Positions 1 through 14,735 of a DNA stretch of 64,000 nucleotides are shown piece after piece. Below the pieces are notes generated by a model, which was given only the letters and a program-made list of their open reading frames with translations, was not told where the DNA came from and did not search any database. Position numbers and translations under genes: made by a program. Numbering within the stretch: the stretch's first letter is position 1; every line of letters starts with the position of its first letter. The DNA is taken from contig OU015569.1 in the NCBI GenBank assembly GCA_907165135.1, positions 3,472,001-3,536,000 on the forward strand, written 5' to 3'. The DNA is from Oikopleura dioica (taxonomy: Eukaryota > Animalia > Chordata).

Positions 1-446
1 GTTGTCCATTACAGAAAGTTCATCGACGAAGTGACTCAATTCGGCTGTCGGTAGATGGCCTGATCCTCTTATCTATTAACAAAACAGCGCCATCTACCTC
101 AAGCTGAGTGACCCTTGATAACTGTACAAATATTCTGAATGCAAAATTATTGCCCAACGGAGCCACTTCTTTACTAACTTCATCCAACGCAGCAAACATG
201 ATTGTTTCTCATTCCGTTCATAGCTGCAAAAATGAAAGCAATAAAATCTTAAAAAATGAAATTTGAGTCATATTAAAAATAAGGGAAATGTCTTAAAAAT
301 ATTCCGGAAATTTTGATCAAACAAGTTGTTTTGAAATAATTGTTCCTGACAATAACCGGTCCAGCGTTGTCCAGCTGGCAAAACATTTTATGGGCTCTAG
401 ACTATTTAACAAAATGTTGCTGATTGTCTGAGACCATATCGAGAGA

Positions 447-2893
<2,447 letters not shown>

Positions 2894-3173
2894 GCATTAA
2901 TGAAATGATCAAGTGACACTGGTCGAGGATTCACAATCGAGTACAAGGCAAGAAAACAGGAAGATCTAGGCCTATTCTAAAAATGAATTCAGTTTGTTGA
3001 GCCTCCTGCAGCTGCGAAGCTATCAAAAATAGATTCAACGATCTCGATACTGGCTAGTCATCTTTCTCACAAGACATCATCCTCTCTTATTAGAAAATTG
3101 AATGTTCTATTATTAATCTTATCTCTAGTCAGTTTTAAATAAAATAAGATATAAGAAAATACAGCTTTTTAAT

Positions 3174-4961
3174 TCATATTTCTGTGCAGATTTTATTCCT
3201 TATAGAATTATTAGCAACTGTGAATTCTGTTTTCGTCGACCTAGAGCTAACATCTTCCGCAAGTTTATTACATATCAACTTGATTATTCCGCCGAGCCAC
3301 ACAAGACCACATATAATCCAAAAGAAGATGCAGACCCTAAATAATCAATTAAAATTTAGAACAGCCCGTCTACCTGTAAATGTCAAAATACAATTCTGCA
3401 TTTTCAGCGAATACAGTCTCATCGCATGGGTTGTTTAAATACGAGTGCTGTGCAGGCATAGGATTCACCAAGTGGTTGAGACATCTTGTTTCATTCTTCT
3501 TATAAATTGCATAGCTTGATGGTGGATCTTCCCTAGGAACAATATCCCCAAAGCCGATTGTTGATAAAGTAACGAGTGAAAAGTATAGCGCTTCGAATAA
3601 TGTCCATTCTTCTATCCGAGAGAAAATATACACTACACAAATTATGAGCTGGTCGACATAGAGTGCGTTTACCTGGCACGAGTATAATAAAAACGATTCC
3701 ACCAAAGATATAGTCGCAAGACGGTGAAATGATACCCTTCAGGGAGATGGACATTCATATGAAAAAAAAAGAACATCTAACAGTAAATTTGACTTTTGCC
3801 TGTCGATTTCGTGGCAGATCTCCGTTCCTTTTTGCGTTGCAACACGTGAATGTTGATTTCGGAACTGATGGACTGAGTTAGCATCGCGAAAAAAGGGATT
3901 CCAAAAAGCATGAATATCATAAGGAAACTTCGTCCTTCTGCTGTCTTCATCAAAGTTGGCGAAACATCAGAAATTCATTGTTCGACAGTCGAACTTCGAC
4001 TCGTCAACCGCGTTCCTGAGGGACCATGTGACCATATCCGATGGTCGTCGCCACGGTGCCAGCAAAGAAGAAAGACGAATGAAGATTCCATTGGTTTTGA
4101 CAGTGATTCTTTGCAGTCACATAGTTATCTTTTGGAGGCTTTTGTTAAGAAAATTTTAATTTGGCATAAATAAGCTTATTAAAATTATAAAATATGGTTA
4201 CCCCAAAAAGGTTGGATCCTATTAATATTTAATTCGTATATTGATCTTGAAGATTCCAATTTATAAAGAAATAAAGAAGCCAGAACCTATAGCAACTGAA
4301 GCAGATTCCTCCATTAGCGCACGAAAGGTCGCTCCAGATATCTCTAACGTTTCTTCGTTGAAACGTTCTGTTATTTGGGTCAGCAGATAAATTATCAAAC
4401 GGCGAATCCCAATGTACTTTTCGACCCTATTCAAATTGTGATATCGCAACTATTCGGTCGTACAACTGGAAGAAGTTTTCTTCTAGCTCTGGATTGCTCA
4501 TCAACTGATTGACAATCAATTCGTATGATTCCTTTGAACAGTTTTCTGACTCCCAGCTGTAAAACAACGATGAGCTCTTTGCAAACTGACTGCCAAGGCC
4601 TCCCTGCTCCTTCATTTTCCGAATTCCCTTGCACATTTTTTTATTGAGAGATAACCTGAATGTTTAGAGAAATTTCTGGCTTTTACTTCTCATTACTTGT
4701 AGAAATACGAGTCTCCAAAGGCCGCAACTTTTTCACCAAGTTGTTCTTGAGCTAGAGAGCATCTGTTTTGTTCTTAAACGGATACAACTTTTTTAACTAC
4801 TTCACAAAGTTTAGGAATTAATCCGTTCCTGCTGGCTGTTCAAGTTTTACGAATACGATTGATCCAATAAACAAAACTAAAATGTAAGCTCCAAGAAGTC
4901 TAATCGTCCTGGGAATGATGAATATTTTCTCAACCACTGGCCATAGAGTATTCTCTTCCAT
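3174..4961 (-). CDS. Two-pore-domain potassium channel (K2P/KCNK family); multi-exon
   Basis: P1 [14 protein letters not shown] (about 4030-4090), P2 [14 protein letters not shown] (about 3540-3590), M1-like [12 protein letters not shown] near the start, M4 [19 protein letters not shown]; stop at 3174-3176. Confidence 0.9.
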
Positions 4962-5610
4962 TTAATCAGTTCCTTAATCCTTTTAAGTCAGTTACTTTTT
5001 CGAATCAAGTTTTTTGGGCTAGTGTTCTGGTTTTCAGCGCCTGTGCATCTCGTTAAATATTCAGTATCGGCTGATAGGGGCTCATTACTACTGGAAGCTT
5101 AATGCATTTAACAGGTTCATATTGCCTAGATGAATGTAGGTGTGGGATAGGATTCTTGATTATTGTTTTAATTAAGAAACTCGCCGCAGGATGACTGCGT
5201 TTGATATCTGCCCATCCAGTGAAGCCTATTTTAAACTAACGATCCTGCGAGATGTATTCGTAGATGCAATCTCTTCTCTGACAAAATCAACTGTTTTCGT
5301 CCTTCTATTTTTGTTATTGCCATTTACAGCAGCCCACTATTAAACAATTCAGGCGGAATAATATGTCATGTCTTTTTTCATAAGGTGTTTGTATAAGCTC
5401 TGTCAGATGTTGCCTCAAAATGAATTTTATTTCTTTCTTTGTAAGATGCGACGAGGGTTTTTAACTGATTGTGAATATTAAATAGAACGCGACAATGCAG
5501 GACTAAAATGCGGTGTGCACAGCTCGATTTCGAATGCGAAAGTTGACGCACATTGACGGCGAAATATTCATTTTATTTACAGTAGAACAATACGCAACAC
5601 ACTGACTGAA

Positions 5611-6366
5611 TTACAAACAAATGCTTTTATCATACCAAAACCGGTCTTCTCCGTTGACCTTGACTACAGTCTCGTTCCCCATATTCGTTTTTTGAGATAG
5701 TTGCTGCATTTTCATGAAAATATCGCTTTTGTTTTTCCTGAACTTTGTGAACTGCACAGGAGTGCACTTCGCATAGCCGAGGTTCTCATAAAATCCTTGC
5801 GCATCTAACGTTTGAAGGCAAATGCGATTTCCAGCAAGATGCTCGACAATAAACTGTTCAATAAATGACATGAGCTTTCGTCCAAGACCGCGCCCTCGAA
5901 CATTTTTGGCGACGCAAACTGACTCTGCATAGAATGTTTGATTATTATTCAGGCATCGACAGAGTTTGACATGACCGTGTGTTTCTCCAGACGACTTTTC
6001 AACAAGAGCAGACTAGAGTCTTAATTGCATTGAAATCATAACTAATTTCATAAGTGCGTATGGTCCGATTGATCAATTCCGACAAGTGAATTTTAAGACT
6101 CCTACTCGAAATGAATGGGTAAATCGTCAGACGAAGACTTAACGTAAAAATTATTATTAAGAACTTGACTTAGACCAACTTGCAAAATACGAAGACGCCC
6201 GGCAGGATTTCGCGATGACCACTCATCAGATAAGAGTTCAGCGCATTCGGTTAGATATTTGTCGGGAAGCTTAATCCGATTAGTTTATTTCTTTTTCATC
6301 ATCCACCTCATGTAGTTTAAAGAATTGGTAATCTGGAGAAGAATAAAGGGGCACCGAGGTTTCCAT
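5611..6366 (-). CDS. NAA80: GNAT acetyltransferase, NAA80 (NAT6, actin N-terminal acetyltransferase)-like
   Basis: ECAELLSDEWSSR, GHVKLCRCLNNNQTFYAESVCVAKNVRGRGLGRKLM (acetyl-CoA motif RGRGLG) and LQTLDAQGFYENLGY follow the NAA80 motif order as recalled. Confidence 0.8.
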
Positions 6367-6526
6367 TGTAAGGGGATACAGTGCTAAAGGTGACGGATTA
6401 TGAAGTGTTAGTTTGACTTGAAGAAACAGTTTGGTGGAATCATTTTGGCAAGGAATAAAAAAGTGGAATCAGACAAGACAACTGCGTGACAGCCGAAGGA
6501 ATTCATAAACACAGTTCATTGAGGTT

Positions 6527-9500
6527 CATTCATCGAAAAACTCGATCGTTCCGTCTCGCACAAGAAGGGCCCTCGTCGGCCATGAGCCTTCCTCGTTGTC
6601 CCCATATTCGCTCATCAATTCATGAAGCTGGTCATCCCATTGTTTATGTGTTTCTTAAAGCCAGTGTTAACGCGCAGAAATACTCGGTAGTTCGATTTAC
6701 CTATTGCTTTTGGATCTATCGTACTCATCCCGTCACAAACTTTTGCGGTGAGCTCGAGAGAAGTTAGAGGGATTCCAAAATTGATGGCATCAATAAAGGT
6801 GTTTCCGTCAAGCTCAACCTGTGAAATGTAGCCAGCACACTTCGTTGGGTCGACGAGGTCTGAAAGAGTCGCGAGCTGATCGTCGCGTATTCCAGCACTA
6901 GATAATTCTTCTTGGGTTTGTGGAAGAGCTACGGGCTGTAGGTCGTTGGAATGATTTCTCAGTACTATGGGATGGTGGATAAGTGCTTCGTTTAGATGAT
7001 AAAGGCCCATTGAAGAAGAAAGAATTTGAATGTCATGTTCCCAGGGGTAGACTTTGAATTTGCGAGCAGTTTCCAGACATTTTGGAAAGGACCGAAGCCT
7101 AAAGCCTCGTGGAAGAACAAGAGCGAAGGGACCGTTCGGAGATTTCAGGCTAAGAAGAACTTGCAGCCATGGATTCGAACGCCGGCCAGATGGGTTTCCC
7201 ACAAATGGAATATCAGGAGGTAGAGAAGGCAGAGAGCAGTTGATATCGGCCATGGAAATTATCATACTATATTGAGACGCAAACCGCTTCTGAATCACAG
7301 CTGTTGGAAGCTCATTAAGGGTTTCAGCCCTAAACATATGGACTTTTCCAGATACTCTTAGCATTTCTGAGAGCGGGTGTATAAAGATTCTTCTGAGGTA
7401 ACCAAAGAAACAATAAAAAATTTTATATACCCCTGACTAGCGCAAGAAGTAAAGCACGACCCGCCTCAAAGTAGGTCTCAGCATCACCATCCGCCCCATA
7501 ATCTGAAATAAAGTTATTACCTCTTCGCTTACGTAACTTTGGATAACAAGACTGCGAATCCCTCATGGGACATAATCGCGAAAAGTGTTAACTGCTCGAC
7601 GGAAAGGTACTACGGTTCAACACTTGATTTCTGGGTTCATTCACTCTCTTTAAACCTACCATCTATGAGACGAAGCTCTTCAGTCAGCGCATCAATTTGG
7701 TCGTTTCTCAATTGACCGACCTTGAACATTTCAAAATAACTGTTTAAAGAGAGGAACTTACCTCGAACATGGTGACAGCGTGTTTTTTCAGGCCAGCTAA
7801 AAATTAATTATTTGACAACTTAGCAAAAGAGAATCTGTATTCCGCAAAAAAATCACCTGAAAGATTTCCCATCATGAGCAAGGCAGCTAAGTTCGAATCG
7901 TAAATCAACGCGAGTTTGGAATGGGCATCCTTGTCTTCCTTGATGTCACCAGGCTCATCAAGAGATGTTGAAGAGAGTGTATCAACCAGATTATCATCTT
8001 CGAATTCATCCTCTTTTTCCGCAAATCCGAGCCTGTTCAATGTTGAAACTGCTTGTGAGACGAGACTCAACTCTTCTTCAAGCAATTCGGAGAGTTCTTT
8101 AACTGATTGAGAGGATAGGGTAGAGAACACCTTGTAGAGCAAGCTCTCAATATAGTCACCAGATAGACGGTTCATCACGAAACCTTCAAGGACTATCAAA
8201 TGGCTAAAATTATTCTTATAATCATAAATTTAAACAAGCGAAAACAGTTGAAAGGAGGAACTGCTTAAAATTTCCCATGAAAGGATAAGCCATTTTCCTG
8301 GAATGCGAAATGAGTCCAAGTCTCCAACTGGAATTTCGATAAACACGATTTCTTTTTGAATGAGTTCGCGAAATCCAGGCTTTGAGGTAAATTTAGCCAC
8401 CTGGAAGAGTTTGTCCCCAGAATCCATCATCGCGTCTAGCAGTTCTTTTGCAGCAAAAGTTAATCCTTGAATCTATAACGAGTTAAGAAGCTGTCGCCTA
8501 CCACTTACTTGCAATGTTGTTGGATAGCCCACGCGGACCATCCACCAGGGCTCAAGTTCAATGTCTATGGGCTGAGACGGTAGTTCTGCCCCATTTTGAG
8601 AAGACTTAAGTCTTGATATCGGTGTTTTCCGGAACAGCATACCCGAAATCGAATTCGTTATTGACTTTTTCGACCGTGACTGGTTTAATAAGTCAATGTA
8701 CTCATTCCTCCCAATACCAGTTAATCTAAGGACGTCTGCCGCAGTGAAATTTGGAAGTTGATCATATGACTTTTCGGCCTCTAGATGAGCACACAGCATC
8801 TTGCGATAATAAGCGAAAGGGGAGACTTCTATCGCCACCATTCGCTCCTAGGAAAAAAATTATTTAAAACTTTAATAAACGTATATCATATACCGTATAT
8901 GTTATGGTAATATTTTCAAATACAATGCAAATTCAATTTAGCAATCTATTAATCGAGATCTCGCTCGTTTCGCCTTGCCTGACAATGGCGGAATGCTGTA
9001 AGGGCGCAAAATAAAACTGGGAAAACAATAATATTTGGAATTAATGATTATCGCAGGGACACCAGTAATTAAAGAAAACGAACTATCTTTCGTGGGCAGT
9101 TTCTTATATTTTGCAACTCACTCAAATATTTGCGTATTTTGTCGATTCAATCCCACTGCCCTAATACGGTAAACAGAGATTCGCCGAGAAAAATGGTAAG
9201 AAAAGGCTAGCCCGGAAGAGATGAAGGAAAATTTAGGTGAATTGGGGGTACCCTGCGTGTGGTATTTGCGCGGCTCTTGGTCTGTTATGCATAACGTCAT
9301 CATTTTTTGTTAATGATCAAAGTGGATCAGCTGATTCGCATTTTGTCAACAGTGTTTCTACGCAGGTAAATGTTATTGAACGTCTTAAATGAATTTAGCC
9401 TTGAAAGCTTTTGCTTATGAATTACGTAAACTGAATTTACTTAGAGTCCAACAGTTGTACGCCCGTCGCAAAATACGGAAGAAAAGAAAGTACGGACGGA

Positions 9501-10817
9501 GACAGATAATGCCAGACAAAATGATCCGGAGGTTGCTACCAGATATTAAAATAATATAAAGACATTTTAGTACTTGAACTATCTGGAGGGTATGTGGACA
9601 CCAGTCAAGACTGTTGGTTTGGAAGAATATCTAGAGGCAGAGAATGGCCCATTGTGGTACCAGCAAATTGCTAAGTCCAAGTTGGGCGCCCCTGACATTG
9701 AATTTGCAAGAATCGGCACTTATGTAAAGGAGGTTTTATTAACGCGCATGACCGAAATTTCAGGAATTCGCCTTCATTGTCCGGATTGGAATAATTTTCA
9801 ATAAATCTTTCCCATTCTATTTGGACAGATCGTTTGAGCAGGACTCGATACTCGGCGACACAGTGGTGACTTATCCTCGTATAAAGAAGAATCATTTGAG
9901 TTTCAAAATAACAGTAATAAAATTTGTGAAGCTTGAATTACTTCTGAAATTAGGGCTCTCGAGCTGGATTGACGCGAAATAAGATCGAAATCAAGGACAA
10001 AGACTTCTTAATTCTTACATCTACACTGGTCGACAAGAATGTTACGTTTCAGAGAACGTTTGAACGTATCGCCTTGGACCCTACGGAATCATAGAAGAAA
10101 GGAATACGAACACTTTAGAATTTTGACCCTGTAAGCAAGGTGCCTTTTTATCTGAAAGAATAAACATCTAAGTCGATTGCACACGAAAAAAATGCAAGGA
10201 AAATTTAGGAGAAGCAATGGTTACCTGAAGATGGTAAGGATAAATTCTCATTCGTTCGCGACAGTATTTTTCCATAGTTTGGTAATAGGAGAGTTCATTT
10301 TTGATCGCCAATTTTGCAACTAAAAGACAAATATATTGCGTCCTCAAATATAGATACTTCACAAATACTGATTTCCAACGATACTTTGTGACCCGTCTTA
10401 GGGTCACCGACTTATTAAAGGCGTTGTTATGCAATAGAGGCAAACGAAATGAAATAAGGACACGAGAAAACAATATTTGCGATAGTAAGAATAAAGTACA
10501 GAGGTTAGTAGGTCAGTTGTACTTTTCAAAAAAACAGAGCGTCGAAGAACATTTACCTTTGTTAAAAACAAGCTGTCGGTCGCAGCATGTGCTCATGACT
10601 CTGTCAGCGTATTCTTTCTCAGAAACAAGATTCTTAAGTTTATTTGGCAAGTCTTCATAAGAGACGGCTTATTTGGTGATCCTCAGTTGGAAATAGTTAA
10701 GATTATTAGAGTATTATCATGTTCCATTCAAGAATTATACAAGAATGCGACTATTGAAAACCACTATCCTTCGAGAATCGAGCGGAGCAAAGCGGCTTCT
10801 TTTGCATCCAGTTCCAT
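6527..10817 (-). CDS. FAM91A1: FAM91A1 homolog (WDR11-complex subunit); multi-exon with a 1.38-kb intron at 8848-10224
   Basis: RIYPYHLQ|ERMVAIEVSPFAYY, SYDQLPNFTAADVLRLTGIGRNEYID, LALIYDSNLAALLMMGNLS and C-terminal PTRALLVRDG match recalled FAM91A1 motifs. Confidence 0.9.
9193..10094 (+). CDS. FABP/iLBP-fold (calycin) protein with an N-terminal hydrophobic anchor, nested antisense in a FAM91A1 intron
   Basis: Spliced read: M|VNWGYPACGICAALGLLCITSSFFV ... YLEGMWTPVKTVGLEEYLEAENG (GxW plus EEYL motif of FABPs) ... FPFYLDRSFEQDSILGD ... LILTSTLVDKNVTFQRTFER (FABP-like C-terminal strands); stop at 10092-10094. The start is approximate. Confidence 0.7.
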
Positions 10818-11859
10818 TTTTCTCCAAACGACTTACTCAGATATCCCGATCACCCTAATAATAAGCATAAGTAACACCCGGAAAATGGAAAATTAAACGT
10901 TCATATGAAAAAGTAAACTTATGAACCCGAGTTTGTCAAATAGATAACGCGTTACTATTTGCAAAGAACCAGTGTCCCAGGACAGTTCGGAACATGTTGC
11001 TTAACAAAATCAAGGTCAAGCTTAAAAGAAGAGCTGAAATCGCAATTCCAGGAATGTTCTAATTCTAATTTCATTTTACGGAAAATAACATTTTGCATTT
11101 AGTCTAGTAGGATTAATATTTTGAATTTATCGGCAGCTTTGTTATCTGTAATAGCTAATGCATTAGATGACACGGCGTAAAGCAAGGGCTCATGTAAGTG
11201 CGGCAACCGTGCAATAAGCATGGTGGAGTTTATCAATGTCAAATGGGTTCATTTCCCAAACCTACTTTTTTGCCGCATATGAGTAATTCCAAGCTAAGAG
11301 AGCAAAAGAGGAACAATTCAGGTAATTTTTACTTTCTAAAACTAGGTGCTAGAAACTGATTGCAAAATACTTACGCCACTGCTATGGATTGATTTACGAG
11401 TTACTCATAAACAGTGCAAAGTTTACTTTTGTCGTATAAAATCGACAGGATAAAAGAGCATAAAAGTTAATCATGGAAAAAGTCGCACTGGCGTTCATCT
11501 CTATTGTGCGAGAAACTATGACCTCAAGTCAACGTAAGCTACGTAAATTACATTTCCTTTCGTAACTTTGCTATTAATGAAAATTCTTGTTTAGTGAATG
11601 AAAAGAGAATTTTAACCAGTTCTAACACGCCTGCTAACTGAACTCTTTTAACATTCTAAACTTTGGTAGGCATTGACCTCAACAGAAAAAAACGCTGTGC
11701 GAGCGCCACACTATTCGTGAGCGCCTTCTTGAAGGCTTGGCTATTTATTCTTGAGCAGGGAGAGGCAATCGGAAAAGAGATAGATTTTAACAACACTCAA
11801 AAAAAAAGATCCAAGACTAAAATTAGAACATTCAAGCAGCTACTGACGAAAAACGAAAA

Positions 11860-12966
11860 ATGAGTACCAGATCTAGCTCGCCTGAATACCCCAGCTCGAG
11901 AGACGAGTCTCTTTCATCAAAGGTATTTAAAATATATCATTTTTTTTTTGAATGATTTCCACATACAAAAAATTCTCTAGATAGCATTATTATGTAATCT
12001 AGCTGTATTGAAAGTACACTTTTCAATTAAGGCACCATTGATGTCGGATTTGGAGGCACAAGATAGCGAGCCAGTACATCAAGGTCGTCAAAAGGTTGGT
12101 GCTCTGCATCTATCAGTTTGTCATTTTTCTAGTGCTTGAAATTCTCGATACTGAGCTTGGTTGTCTTGGCTATTGGCTGCCTGGGAGGATCCTTTGCTTA
12201 TGCAAACTTGAGCAAATTCACAGCCGATGAAAAATCATCCGATCACTTGGACTTGCCGGACGAACCACTAGCCGCCTCAGACGAGAAGCATCTGTTGCTA
12301 TTAAATCCAACCGTAAGCTCGTAAATAATAGCATTTTTTTGTTCATTGGCTTTTTATGACTTTGATATCAGTAAACTTCCGCGAAGAGGTTAGTTAAGTT
12401 TGTTTAGGTAAAAGAGGCGATCATCGGACGATGGCAGGAGAGGGCCAAGTTCAATGTGAGCGAGTATATTGACGCAGAGAATGGTCCAACTTTTTACAAA
12501 ATGTTTGCGAAGAAAATGACAGCCGACCTTGAATATGAGCTAGTGGACGTAAACGTGTATCAAACAACATTCTACGTCTCTTGGATGCCCCCACTCAAGT
12601 ACCCACTGCGGCTGGACCAGCCCTATCAGCATAAAAGCCCTTCTGGTGACCCGGTCACATCAGTGGCTCAGTTCCGGCCAGAATTCGACGATATTTTCGT
12701 CAATACTCAGGTACTGAAAAGCACGTCAACTTGAGTATAATTTTGATCGAAACAATAGAAATCTTTGAAATCAAATGTAAATATGGACAACCCCTTCGTG
12801 AATAATATGATAAATAAGTTCCATTTTCAACTCGATATTTCAGGGCGGGCACGAAGGGCCGGTAACCACGAGAATACAAGTCATCGATGGAGAGTTGATT
12901 CTCACATCGACAATGGTAGAGAAGAATGTTTCGTGTCAGAGAATTTATACCCGAAGAGCCCCATAA
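11860..12966 (+). CDS. Second FABP-fold paralog, predicted type II membrane protein
   Basis: GT-AG exons give MSTRSSSPEY..SK|APLMSDLEAQ..RQK|CLKFSILSLVVLAIGCLGGSFAYA (TM) ... IIGRWQERAKFNVSEYIDAENGP ... YPLRLDQPYQHKSPSGD ... LILTSTMVEKNVSCQRIYTRRAP*; collinear with 9193-10094. Confidence 0.72.
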
Positions 12967-13199
12967 ACCACACATATCATTGACTAATATTTTTTCTTGA
13001 TGCCATAATGCCAAAGCAACGATTTCTACTGTAAGTAAAAAGAAATGCAATCTGTTCACTTTCCACAAGTTGAAAATCTACTTGAGTGTTCTCTCACTAA
13101 TTAAAGTTCAATATCCCGTTTAAACAATGCATTCCTGCCTACCTGTACAATCTCTTATCGCAGCTCTTCGCTTGAGCTCTCACCACAAACTATACAGGG

Positions 13200-13520
13200 T
13201 CACCATTCTAGGAAACATTCTCATGCATTACACTGTACAAAATCAAATAAATACGCAGAAAGGAATGAAAGAAGTCGGAAATTTAATTCTTAAAAATCTT
13301 ATCACTCTCTTTGGCAGAATTTTCCGTCGTCGGTGTCGGTCGTTCTTTAGATGTCTGTAAGTTGATATCTTCTTCGAAATCGGCAGATTCTGCGAAGAGT
13401 GAAGTTATTTGGTTTTTGTCGATCCACTTAGTTTCAACTTCCGATAAGAGTTTTTCTTCTGCTTCTTCGGATTCAGCTAGAGATCTATCTTTCGACTCTT
13501 TTATGCCAGTTTTCTATTGT
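13200..13520 (-). CDS. Unidentified acidic coding exon(s), probably the end of a short gene downstream of MRPS18C
   Basis: Open minus-strand frame KTGIKESKDRSLAESEEAEEKLLSEVETKWIDKNQ... bounded by an AG acceptor and a GT donor; no family recognised. Confidence 0.3.
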
Positions 13521-13765
13521 TAGTATTCTTTTTGAAGTGAAACTATATCTTCATATCAAAGAAATTTCAAAAAAAACTATCAAAGAAATTTTCGGCGATA
13601 TAATTATAATAATAGAATTGTTCTTATTGAGAAAACCAGTCCCTAATAGTTCCTGAAAAAGTTCCAACTCAGAAGCATCCGGTAGACCTAAATTTCTGGA
13701 AACCTCTGACTTGTCGGAGTGCGATCTGAATTCAGTTTTAAGGAATTGTCGAGGAAGCTTCGATC

Positions 13766-14473
13766 TTACTTGAATGCATTTAGTTCTGTCGGGCCGATAG
13801 GATCATTCATAAATAATGGTTCTTTCGATGGGCCAATTAGCAGTAAACTTTGTGCAATTTCATATGACGTCTTCAGCTCATCGTACTTGGATGGACAAAG
13901 TCCAGTCGCATTTTCGGTGTATAATCTGCCTATAAAATTAGATTAACTGTTTGCGATCAGCTGATGCGGCGAGCACGAGCTGTCACACGGGCCCTTTAGG
14001 TGGCTTCTAAGATGGATCATACTGTTGATAATTCCCTTCCAAAGTCTAACGAGAAATTTGTTCTGTCTATATTAGGAGATTGAATAACATCTTAAAATTG
14101 TTACGAGGGTCAAGCTGTACATTTTGGGTTCACTTTTCAAGCGAAACGAACGTTAGTATTTGCAGACCAGAAAAGAGCCGTATATCTTTCATACAAAATC
14201 GTAAAAGAATAATATACTCTGGTCTACTGTCTACAAAAATTTACCTGTGTACGGCGATACAAACTGCGAGATAAGCTGAACATTTTTGTAGCTGATGCCT
14301 TGGATGGATTTGAAAGTGTTTGACAGATTTATTAACTGTTCTTTCTCGAAACCCCTTCCTGTTCCACAGAGTTTACACCTCTCAACAGTATCGAAGAAAT
14401 TCTTTCTTTTCACAAGCGTATTTCCAGCCAGGTCTTTCGGCAGTTTTTCCGATAAGATTCTCGTGTAGAACAT
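13766..14473 (-). CDS. MRPS18C: Mitochondrial ribosomal protein S18C-like
   Basis: CKLCG...SYKNVQLISQFVSPYT|GRLYTENATGLC matches the S18C motif C..CG...YKNVQLLSQFVSPFTG...TGLC; acceptor TTCTTAG lies 1 nt before the ATG. Confidence 0.82.
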
Positions 14474-14735
14474 TCTAAGAAATTATTCGACAGTCGTGAA
14501 CAGGTCTATTTGTCTTTAGAAGTAAAATAATAGTTAAAAGCAATCAAGATGGTGGGGAACTGGGTGAGGGGAATAGCAGCAGCAAATTCTCTGATTATTA
14601 GTTTTTTCTTTGAGGCTGGATTTGAGGTTTTCTTGAAGAGGAAAGGGTTTACTCCATGTGCTGGAATGATTGATTTGAAGTGAGCGACATGGATTCTACG
14701 TCGACGATACGTTTGTAGCCGTACAGCCAGTTCGA

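Noticed and set aside
12765-12983. ORF-track peptide as the C-terminus of FABP paralog 2
   Set aside because: Splicing into another frame gives GPVTTRIQVIDGELILTSTMVEKNV..., which matches paralog 1, with stop at 12964-12966.
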